From: a virus
Strand: one strand, 5' to 3'
IMG/VR virus record: IMGVR_UViG_3300028883_000002
DNA: 64,000 nucleotides
Shown: positions 25,961-34,200 of the stretch, in pieces
Layout of the letters: every line of letters starts with the position of its first letter
How positions within the stretch are numbered: the stretch's first letter is position 1
Made by a program: the position numbers and the translations under genes
The notes under the pieces: generated by a model
Told to the model about the DNA's origin: nothing
The model's input: only the letters and a program-made list of their open reading frames with translations
Database searches by the model: none

Positions 25961-26039
25961 AAAATGTGTGCGGTTAAGTCAAGCACCCTTTGTGGTGTGT
26001 AGCTTAGTAAGTGGAGCTAGCCCCACCGCACCCCAGAAC

Positions 26040-26115
26040 GGGCCGTTAGAGCCTATTTGTTTGTTGCCTTTTAGTGCCGTAAAATAGGATTTCTTCTTCA
26101 GCGAGAGCACGGCCC
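26040..26115 (+). ncRNA. Y-RNA-like module Y4 (permuted: conserved loop strands joined by a hairpin loop)
   Basis: GGGCCGT/ACGGCCC outer helix. CCTATTT-GTTTGTTGCC-TTTTA-GTGCCGTA-AAATAGG. Confidence 0.5.
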
Positions 26116-26122
26116 ACCAATT

Positions 26123-26218
26123 TGATAAGTGCCGTTAGTGATGGGTTACTTCGTGGCTAAACGAAATGGTTGTGCTAGCCGAAATTAGCACTCTCCCGTT
26201 GCGTTTGTTGCCTTATCA
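26123..26218 (+). ncRNA. Y-RNA-like module Y5
   Basis: TGATAAG/CTTATCA, TGCCGTTA vs GTTTGTTGC, GTGATGGG/CCCGTTGC, apical GTGCTA-GCCGAAAT-TAGCAC. Confidence 0.65.
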
Positions 26219-26224
26219 TTAGGT

Positions 26225-26294
26225 TCTGAGTGCCGTAGTTTTGGGTTACTTCACCGAAAATGAAACCATAACCCAATACGCTTATTGCCTCAGA
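26225..26294 (+). ncRNA. Y-RNA-like module Y6 (compact)
   Basis: TCTGAG/CTCAGA, TGCCGTA vs GCTTATTGC, GTTTTGGG/CCCAATAC. Confidence 0.6.
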
Positions 26295-26335
26295 TTAAAA
26301 GTCTCTCTTGCTAATGTATAAATGACAATGGAATA

Positions 26336-26481
26336 TTCCGATGCCGTAGGATAGAGATACTTCAACCGGAACTGGAGATTACAGGTTCGAATCCTGCTGA
26401 CTCCTTAAAGCCGAAAGGCTTGGAGTGTGGTCGAAAGGTAAGACGCCAGTATAGAAAACTCTGTTCGCTTGTTGCTCGGAA
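26336..26481 (+). ncRNA. Y-RNA-like module Y7 with tRNA-like domain (YrlA-type)
   Basis: TTCCGA/TCGGAA, TGCCGTA vs GCTTGTTGC, GGATAGAG/CTCTGTTC. T-arm CAGG-TTCGAAT-CCTG, acceptor-like hairpin closed by GAAA, D-arm-like GTGGTCGAAAGGTAAGAC. Confidence 0.65.
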
Positions 26482-26496
26482 GCAACCTGACATATG

Positions 26497-26629
26497 AATA
26501 GGTGTCGTAGAGAAGAGTTACTTCGACTTGTAATCGAGTGGTTTTTGGTTCGAATCCAAACTGGAGCTTCGGCTCCTGTAGCTCAACTGGATAGAGCACT
26601 TACGTTCTCTTTTCGCCTGTTACCCTATT
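26497..26629 (+). ncRNA. Y-RNA-like module Y8 with tRNA-like domain (YrlA-type)
   Basis: AATAGG/CCTATT, TGTCGTA vs GCCTGTTAC, GAGAAGAG/CTCTTTTC. TTTGG-TTCGAAT-CCAAA, GGAGC-TTCG-GCTCC, GTAGCTCAACTGGATAGAGCAC. Confidence 0.7.
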
Positions 26630-26648
26630 CACTATTTGAAATGTTAAG

Positions 26649-26818
26649 AGCCAGATGTCGTTAGTGAAGAGTTACTTCGCTTATGACTATTAATCATGGG
26701 ATGCGGGTTCGAATCCCGTCGAGCGCACCATGCGCGCTCGTAGCTCAACGGTAGAGTATTGCAAATGGTTGCATCAGCCGAAATTGATGCGTCTCTCTTT
26801 ACGCCTGTTACTCTGGCT
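26649..26818 (+). ncRNA. Y-RNA-like module Y9 with tRNA-like domain retaining ACCA in the acceptor loop
   Basis: AGCCAGA/TCTGGCT, TGTCGTTA vs GCCTGTTAC, GTGAAGAG/CTCTTTAC. GCGGG-TTCGAAT-CCCGT, CGAGCGC-ACCATGC-GCGCTCG, TAGCTCAACGGTAGAGT. GCATCA-GCCGAAAT-TGATGC. Confidence 0.7.
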
Positions 26819-26859
26819 TTTAACATTTCTTGCCCCTAGAATAAGGAAGGAGAACAAAT

Positions 26860-27042
26860 ATGCTAGGGGAGATTCTTTTAATGGGCCTTGTTGATTCCCT
26901 TCTGGAATTACAGCTGGGTGAAGATAAGACTATACGTTTGGAATTCAAAACGAGAGAGGAGAAAATGTCGTGTCAGAAGGAACCGAAAAGAACGAGCAAG
27001 ATGTCCAGAAGAGAATTGATGCGCTTGAAGCGAGAATCGTAG
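26860..27042 (+). CDS. hypothetical protein (3' part overlaps the next gene)
   Basis: Strong AAGGAAGGAG RBS. It overlaps 26970-27293 by 73 nt. Confidence 0.4.
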   Translation: MLGEILLMGLVDSLLELQLGEDKTIRLEFKTREEKMSCQKEPKRTSKMSRRELMRLKRES

Positions 27043-27293
27043 ATTTAGAAGAAGCATTAGATTTAAGCGCGCATGTCGAAGTGATACAAGAGCTTAATAT
27101 GGCAGTTGAAGTTGTCTCAGAATTACTAGACATGACAAAGGAACTGGCTGAAGCGTTCGTAAGTACAATGGCAGATACATCGGATAACATGAAGGAAGAA
27201 TTCAAGCTATTAGAAAAGATGGCTGGAGTCAGGAAGGAGCTTGATAAGTATGTCAGACCAGAAGTTGAACGCGAAGAAGGAAGAGATTCGTAG
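26970..27293 (+). CDS. coiled-coil hypothetical protein
   Basis: GTG start 8 nt after GAGGAG; acidic heptad-like sequence. Confidence 0.55.
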   Translation: MSEGTEKNEQDVQKRIDALEARIVDLEEALDLSAHVEVIQELNMAVEVVSELLDMTKELAEAFVSTMADTSDNMKEEFKLLEKMAGVRKELDKYVRPEVEREEGRDS

Positions 27294-28179
27294 ACATTAT
27301 GAGTTAATGTTCGAAGCAGTCAAAAAGGATATACCTGAGCAGTATCAGCAGTTCCTTGTTCCACTAGAAAGAAACGTGAAGTTCAAGTGGTATGGCGAAG
27401 AAGAATGGGTAAACAACCTTAAGACTTTGTATTTTACAGTCGCTGGTCGTTTACAGATGGCGGTTGATGAACATGAACCGAACTCGTTCTACCTAACCAA
27501 CTTTACGAATACGTCAGATGAATCGCAAGTAATCAACACTAAAATTCCTGCTTGGGCAATGCCTGTTGTTAAGGATACGCCAAGCGAAGCTATTACGCAT
27601 ACTGTAATAGTCCCACCTAGGTCAACAGTAGCATTATTTGCCTCTCCCCTTAGAGGTATTTTTGATGGTATTGCGGGGATTGACCCGAAGAAACTAAGCA
27701 CAGAAACAGAGAATAAGTTTGGTCTTGAAGACGCAGAAACGTCTGCATTGGGACGCGCACTTGGTAAGGCTGGATATGGAATTGTCTGTTCTGGATTTGC
27801 TTCAGCAGATGAAATGGTTAGATATCTAGCTACTGGCGCAGAGGACCAAACTATTCAAGCTCAGAAGAATCCGCCAGCAGTTGAAAGAGGCTCTTCAGAA
27901 AAGAAGAAGGATGAAAAGAAGTATGAGTTTGAAAGAAGCACAATGAAAAAGGTCACAGGTCTTGAAAGGTATTCTGAAGACCAATTAAAGGAAATGGCAA
28001 AGAAAGACCTGAGCACAGCAGTTAAGAATTTGAGAACTGCGATGGGCCTTAGTGCTGAACACATGAAGGGAATCATCTACAATATAGCTGGCGAGAAAGT
28101 TGACATGCGTAGCGTTACTTCGGAGATTCTTGTTGCTGCTTACATTGACCTTGCAAAGCTTGCCGATTGGGATGGCTAG
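27250..28179 (+). CDS. hypothetical protein, possible Rad52/Sak-like single-strand annealing protein (weak)
   Basis: AETSALGRALGKAGYG resembles the conserved helix-hairpin motif of Rad52-type SSAPs. Sits upstream of the helicase. Confidence 0.6.
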   Translation: MSDQKLNAKKEEIRRHYELMFEAVKKDIPEQYQQFLVPLERNVKFKWYGEEEWVNNLKTLYFTVAGRLQMAVDEHEPNSFYLTNFTNTSDESQVINTKIPAWAMPVVKDTPSEAITHTVIVPPRSTVALFASPLRGIFDGIAGIDPKKLSTETENKFGLEDAETSALGRALGKAGYGIVCSGFASADEMVRYLATGAEDQTIQAQKNPPAVERGSSEKKKDEKKYEFERSTMKKVTGLERYSEDQLKEMAKKDLSTAVKNLRTAMGLSAEHMKGIIYNIAGEKVDMRSVTSEILVAAYIDLAKLADWDG

Positions 28180-28443
28180 ATGATTGCAAAGGAAATTGTC
28201 TCTGAGCTATCCCGAAAGATGGAGGAAGGGCAAGAGTTAGAAGTCTTTCCAAAAGATTGGGGTCTATTCGGGAAAGCTGCAAAGATATTTAACGATGCAA
28301 TCTTGGAAGAAGCGATTAGGAGCTTCCCCACTCATAACGTTGAAACACCGGGGAAGCTCTTCTTCTTCCTTTGTAAGAAAGCAACCAAAACGGTTCTCTC
28401 GAAAAACGCGGTTGATTTATCAAAGCTAACCAATAAATTCTAG
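28180..28443 (+). CDS. hypothetical protein
   Basis: ORF track. Confidence 0.6.
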   Translation: MIAKEIVSELSRKMEEGQELEVFPKDWGLFGKAAKIFNDAILEEAIRSFPTHNVETPGKLFFFLCKKATKTVLSKNAVDLSKLTNKF

Positions 28444-28446
28444 GAC

Positions 28447-29811
28447 ATGCATATGGCAGATAGGTTAGTCCATACTGATGAGCCAGAACGACAGGCTTTG
28501 CATCTAGCTATCAAAGACGACCTATCAGCCTCGATTGTTCTTTCGAAATTAAGAACAGAGTATTTCCACAATCCGTTTTCGAAAGCAATCTTTCTGGCAA
28601 TACAGGATGTGTTTGCACAAAACAGTAAGGTCAATCTTCCTCTTGTTAAGAATGCGATTGGCGATAAGATTGTCCTTGACCATGTAAACGAGATAATGTC
28701 AGAAGCACCACAGGCTGATATTGATAGTCTTTGTAAAATAGTCGTAGATAACTATTGGGTCAGAGCAGTAGATGATTTTTGCCGAAACACCAGACAAGAG
28801 ATAGACTCTTCTCCTATTGCTGGCATTGACCTAATAGACAAGATGCAACGCAAGGTTCTTGAGCTTACGACTACAGCTAAACGGGACTTTGTTACATTTG
28901 GAGAATCATTTGCGGAAACGCTCGATGCTATAAAGGAGCTTCAAAAAGAAGGAACAGGTATCGTTGGATTGCCAACGGGGATACCTGAACTTGACAATAA
29001 AACAACTGGTTTTCGTGGTGGTCAATTCATTGTAGTTGGCGGTAGACCATCACACGGTAAATCAGAGTTGATGATTAATATACTCACTCATATGGCAGTT
29101 AATGAAGGAGCGGAATGTGCTCTGTTCTCATTGGAAATGAGCGTAGAAGAAATCAACTTACGAATTGCCAGTTGTCTAACCGAAGTCCCTTTATGGAAGT
29201 TGAGAACAGGAAATATAACCCATAAGGATGAACGAAAACTAGAACACCTTATGGAACAAAGCGGAAAGATACCGCTCCACATATCAGAACAACCGCACGT
29301 TGGGCCAAGTGCTCTTCATGCACAGATAAAGAAAAAGAAGATTGAGTGCCCAAACCTTGCGTGTGTAGCAGTAGATTACTTACAGCTAATGAGGTCAGAC
29401 ACGAAAGGAGAAAACAGGAATCTAGAACTGGCAGATATCACAAGGGGGTTCAAGATACTAGCCAGCGAAATTGGGATACCCGTTATCGTTGGTTCACAGA
29501 TGTCGAGAACAGTAGAACACAGGCAAGCTAAGAAACCGAAGCTATCGGACCTTAGAGATTCTGGTGCAATTGAACAGGATGCAGATGTGGTTCTGTTTGT
29601 TCAAAGACCAGACTCGTCATTCGAAGGGGGTAAGAGTGAATATGTAATCAAAATAATCCTAGAGAAGCAGAGGAATGGCCCCATTGGAACTATCCTAGCA
29701 ACTAACAACGTTGAGATTCAAAAGATATTCCAGCGTGGTGACGAGTGTTGGGATGAGAAAATGACGCCAGATGATAGGGGTAGGATTGAACCAGATGATT
29801 TACCGTTTTAG
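28447..29811 (+). CDS. dnaB: DnaB-family replicative helicase with C-terminal DDLPF tip
   Basis: GLPTGIPELD, GGRPSHGKS (Walker A), DYLQLM, SQMSR...LSDLRDSGAIEQDADVV. Confidence 0.9.
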   Translation: MHMADRLVHTDEPERQALHLAIKDDLSASIVLSKLRTEYFHNPFSKAIFLAIQDVFAQNSKVNLPLVKNAIGDKIVLDHVNEIMSEAPQADIDSLCKIVVDNYWVRAVDDFCRNTRQEIDSSPIAGIDLIDKMQRKVLELTTTAKRDFVTFGESFAETLDAIKELQKEGTGIVGLPTGIPELDNKTTGFRGGQFIVVGGRPSHGKSELMINILTHMAVNEGAECALFSLEMSVEEINLRIASCLTEVPLWKLRTGNITHKDERKLEHLMEQSGKIPLHISEQPHVGPSALHAQIKKKKIECPNLACVAVDYLQLMRSDTKGENRNLELADITRGFKILASEIGIPVIVGSQMSRTVEHRQAKKPKLSDLRDSGAIEQDADVVLFVQRPDSSFEGGKSEYVIKIILEKQRNGPIGTILATNNVEIQKIFQRGDECWDEKMTPDDRGRIEPDDLPF

Positions 29812-29826
29812 AAAGGGAGAAAGAAA

Positions 29827-30135
29827 ATGAAGGTTATCGAAGTCAATGGAATGCGTTCGAATAACAGGACTGATAGTAAGCTAGTCGGTTGGTGCAATGT
29901 TGTTCTTGCTTGCGGTGATGCTGAGCTTGTGATTACAGGTTGTGCCGTGATTGATGGTAAGAACGGAAAATATGTTGCTATGCCTTCGCGCAAGATTTCG
30001 AAGAAAGATGGAACTGATGAGTGGCGCGATGTGTGTTACATTCGCAACGGCAAGGAGCACAGCGATTCGTTCTCTGACCAAGTGCTTGCTCTTCTAGCTG
30101 ACCAGAAAAAGGAAGATGACGACCTTCCGTTCTAG
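29827..30135 (+). CDS. SpoVG-fold protein with SSB-like acidic C-terminal tip (EDDDLPF)
   Basis: VIDGKNGKYVAMPSRK...DG...RDV aligns with the SpoVG core. The C-terminus mimics the SSB tip DDDIPF. Confidence 0.65.
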   Translation: MKVIEVNGMRSNNRTDSKLVGWCNVVLACGDAELVITGCAVIDGKNGKYVAMPSRKISKKDGTDEWRDVCYIRNGKEHSDSFSDQVLALLADQKKEDDDLPF

Positions 30136-30156
30136 TCGTATTTTTTGTTGGGTTTA

Positions 30157-30180
30157 GGGGGCCTCTTTTTAAGAGGCCTC
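30157..30180 (+). terminator. GC-rich hairpin GGCCTCTT-ttt-AAGAGGCC (terminator-like, no T-run)
   Basis: Stem 30160-30167 / 30171-30178. Motif copy 6 follows. Confidence 0.4.
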
Positions 30181-30181
30181 C

Positions 30182-30206
30182 AAAAACCCAGAGAGGTTTT
30201 TGGAAA
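30182..30206 (+). promoter_or_regulatory. conserved leader/promoter motif, copy 6
   Basis: AAAAACCCAGAGAGGTTTTTGGAAA before ATG 30207. Confidence 0.5.
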
Positions 30207-31232
30207 ATGCAACGTAAGCTAATCATAATCTCTGCTGGATTAGAGCGCGATAAGCACATACTACACGAAGCGGGAATAATGCCCAGACTCTATCCACAAT
30301 CCGTAACGGGCCTTGCGGAAAGATGTAAAGATAAGGGTATTGAATTCGTTTCCGACTTGGCGAATGATAATGCCAAGGAACTATTGATAGCAATAGGAGA
30401 AGAGGGCAATCCTATTCCTATTTTGTTCATGGGAATGCTAGAGGTTTTTTCGAATCTCTCGTTTGTGCCAGATTTCTGTCCGCTCTACTTAGTGGACTAT
30501 GACCTAGGATTAACACCTGCCCTCTATTCTAGGTTTGCAAAAATCTTCACGCCAATTTGTAGTACGTTTGGAATTGGTGCAAACGCGGATTTGATTGGAA
30601 TGCTAGGTGACAACTTACTTCCTTCGCCAGCATTTCCGAACACGTTGAACAGAGAGCATAAGGTAGAAGATATAGAGCCAAAGGAAAAGCTTTCTATTCT
30701 GTATCCGCTTGAACTTGTGATAGAAACTTTCTACTCACTAGGAATCGTTAACCAGATTGTAAAAGGTTCTTCGAATTTTGATTTCTATCCGTTCATGATT
30801 CCGTATCGTAGAGATAAAGAAAACAAGCACATAGTAGAAGACATGAGAGCGATGGCATATCAGATATGCAGTTGCGAAGTTGCAGATTACGGTGAAGTTA
30901 ATCCGTCTGACTTTGACCTGATGGTTCAGTCTGCACCATTCTCGGTATGGCAGGAAGCATATGCAATTCAGGCGTTTGAAATGGGATGTCCAACTGTGTA
31001 TTGTGACATTCATAAACGCTTGAAGGGTACGAACATTCCTGTAATGACTTATTGCGAAATGCCTGAATTAGCCACAAAACTCAATGAGATTATGAACCAC
31101 GGAATCCCGCGCTCTAGGCTAGACGACATAAAGAGATACTACCTAGAGTTTTGGAACTTCGTGCTTGCGGTAATAGAAATGAACTCTGGCGACATTTGGG
31201 ATGTTAGTGAAACCAGCTACATCAAGCAGTAG
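30207..31232 (+). CDS. hypothetical protein, 341 aa
   Basis: ORF track. No family recognised. Confidence 0.7.
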   Translation: MQRKLIIISAGLERDKHILHEAGIMPRLYPQSVTGLAERCKDKGIEFVSDLANDNAKELLIAIGEEGNPIPILFMGMLEVFSNLSFVPDFCPLYLVDYDLGLTPALYSRFAKIFTPICSTFGIGANADLIGMLGDNLLPSPAFPNTLNREHKVEDIEPKEKLSILYPLELVIETFYSLGIVNQIVKGSSNFDFYPFMIPYRRDKENKHIVEDMRAMAYQICSCEVADYGEVNPSDFDLMVQSAPFSVWQEAYAIQAFEMGCPTVYCDIHKRLKGTNIPVMTYCEMPELATKLNEIMNHGIPRSRLDDIKRYYLEFWNFVLAVIEMNSGDIWDVSETSYIKQ

Positions 31233-31239
31233 GTGACAA

Positions 31240-34200
31240 ATGACTAAGTTTTGTTCTCTACATAATCATTCCGACTATAGCTTTCTTGACGGGTTTGCAA
31301 AAATTGAAGACCTAGTTAAGAGAGCTAAAGAGTTGGAATACGAAAGCTTGGCTTTGACTGAGCACGGCAACATGTGTTCAGCGGTTAAGTTTGCTAGAAT
31401 ATGTGAGGACTTTGGAATCAAACCGATTCATGGTCAGGAATTCTATATTGTAGATGATTTGTGGGTTCCAAATTGCAATCTAACCAAAACACCACAAGAA
31501 CAAACTAGGCACATCATTCTATTAGCCAAGAATGAAATAGGATTCAAAAATCTCATTGCCTTATCCACAGTTGCACACACAAGGGGATTTTACTACAATC
31601 CAAGAATCAACTTTGACTTACTGAGAAAACATTCAGAAGGAGTAATCTGTTTAACTGCTTGCCTGAACGGAGTTTTGGCAAAGTCAATTAAACTGGAAAA
31701 ATTAGACGAAGCTAACGAGATAGCAGATGCACTAAAATCCATCTTTAGTGATGATTTATATGTAGAACTCCAAACCAATGGGCTGGAAATACAGAGGCAA
31801 GTTAACGGAGAGCTTCGTAAAATAGCGGATAGGATAGGCGCAAAGTGTGTGGCAACTACAGATGTTCACTATGTTACCGCAGATGATTATGAAGCCCATG
31901 ATGCATGGCTCTGTATTAGGTTCAACAAGAAGGTAAGCGACCCGAACAGGAAAAGGTATGAGCCTAATGCATACTACCTTCCTGCTCCCGAAGAAATTCC
32001 AGAAGAACTAAAAGACGCAGCAGCAAACACAATAGAAGTATCAGAAAAATGCAATGTTAAAATAAAACTGGAAAGCGGAGCATCTAATTTTCCAGAATCT
32101 GACATAAAAGACCCGATGGAGTGGATAAGTATACAATGCCTTGAAGCTCTAGATGGGCTTTCTGTCGTTATTAGCGGCGAATTCAGTAGATACTCAGAAA
32201 GGCTAGATTACGAATTGAGAGTCATTGACCAGTTGGGATTTGGTCACTACTTCGTAATCATTGCGGATATCATTTCTTGGTGTAAGCGCATAGGCATTAG
32301 AACAGGACCAGCTAGAGGGTCAGGAGCGGCATCATTAGTTTGCTATCTTTTGGGTATAACAGAGATTGACCCAATAGAATATGACCTAATATTTGAGCGG
32401 TTCCTGCACGAAGATAGAGTTTCGCCGCCTGACCTAGATTTGGATTTCCAACAAGATAGGCGCGATGAAGTTATAGAATACGTTAAGAACAAATATGGAG
32501 CTTCAAATGTTGCATCCATTTGTAACTTCTCTATGCTTCAGCCTAAACAGGCAATCAAAGATGCAATGAGAGTTCTAGGAATCGAATACAAGATTGCAGA
32601 ATCAATCTCAAAGATGATTCCAGAAGGTGCAGCAACAATAAAGCAAGCTGTTGATATAAATGACGAACTTAGAAATAAGATAAAAGGGAGTCACATTTTA
32701 CAAGAGGCCTTTAAATTGGCCTCAAAGTTTCAGGGGCATCTTCGTCAGGCAGGAACACATGCGGCAGGAATTGTTGTTACTCCTATGCCGCTAAATGAAA
32801 TTGTTCCGCTTCAAAGAATCAGGGGCAACATTGTAACACAGTTTGATATGCACGACGTAGAAGCTCTTGGCCTGCTGAAGATGGACTTGCTTGGCCTTAG
32901 GACTCTAACCATAATAGAGAACACGATTAGGATGCTCAACAGGGACGGGCACCTAAGCGGTGAACCCGAATGGGACTTGAAAGACGAAAATGTTTATGAA
33001 ATGCTAAGGCATGGAGATACCAAAGGGTGCTTCATGTTAGAAACCGACCTGTTGACTAGAGCTTGTATAGAGTTTGAAATTGATAAATTCGACGACCTGA
33101 TTCTAATTGGCGCAATTTGTAGGCCTGTTACCTTAGAGTCAGGAATGAAAGACGAGTGCTTAAAGAACAAGAAAAACCCATCTAGAATTAAGTATCTAGA
33201 CGATAGACTTAAGCCAATTCTGAAAAAGACATATGCCACGGCTGTGTTCCAAGAGCAAATCATGCAGATTTGTCAGGTTATGGCAGGATTCTCCATGATT
33301 GACGCCGATAAGGTTAGGAAACTAATTGGTAAAGGTGCGCAGATGGAGAGTTACCAGAAGGATAAGTTTCTCAGGGACATGAAGGAAAAGTTCTACGTTG
33401 GATGCAAGGGGAATAATGTATTAAGAAAAACAGTTGATAGGTTATGGAAATTGATAGCCAATGCTAGTTACGGATTCAATAAGCCACATGCCACTTCGTA
33501 TGCTAAATTATCGTTCATGACAGCATGGCTTAGACATTATTTTCCAACCTATTTCTTTGCAGCTGTATTATCTAGTGTATCTGATAGACAAGCCAAGGTT
33601 GCTGACTATGCCAGAGAATGCAGAAGGATGGGAATAGAGGTAATACCACCAGATGCAATTTGGTCCAAGCCAGAGTTTACAGTAGATGCAGGGCGAGTTA
33701 GGTTTGGACTGAATGCTATCAAGGGGATAGGAGTTGAATCATCAGGCAAGATTTCAGATAGCGTTGAAAAGTTAAGAGATAAAGCGTTAACGCCGAACTT
33801 TAATAATATAGCAACAATCTGTGAGTCTGTGGGTAAGAAACAAATCCTGCAAGCTCTGACAGAATCTGGAGCATTGGATAAATATATTACAACTCGGAAA
33901 GCTATCATGGTCCAGATAGGCGAAATTATAAAAGCTATCCGAGCTTTTCATAAAGGTCCGATTCAAACAAATCAGGAACTTCTGTTTGGAGGTACTCTTG
34001 AAACTAAATCTCTTAATCTAGATTCTATCATACATCCAGCGGAAGAATTCACACTTGAAGAATTGGCTCTAATGGAATATGACAGAACAGGAATATTCTT
34101 ATCAACTGACCCGTTAAAAGAGCACAGGAAACTGTTCTTGCAATCTTGTGTTTCTTCTGTGAAGGAAGTTAAAAATGCTGCATATAGCGGCAGGGCAAAA

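Noticed and set aside
26541-26760. True tRNA genes at the GGTTCGAATCC boxes (26547-26560, 26705-26719)
   Set aside because: The order of elements is T-arm, acceptor 3' strand, loop, acceptor 5' strand, D-arm, which is a permuted order. There is no 7-nt anticodon loop, so these are tRNA-like domains and not tRNAs.
25820-26860. Possible CRISPR array (many similar short repeats in 1 kb)
   Set aside because: The repeats are not identical and not regularly spaced. They pair with partner strands to form covarying hairpins, and no cas genes are nearby. They are better explained as Y-RNA-like modules.
26860-27042. Frameshift joining 26860-27042 and 26970-27293
   Set aside because: No slippery heptamer was seen near 26960-26975, and the second ORF has its own GAGGAG RBS and GTG start. 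They are treated as overlapping genes, with low confidence for the first.
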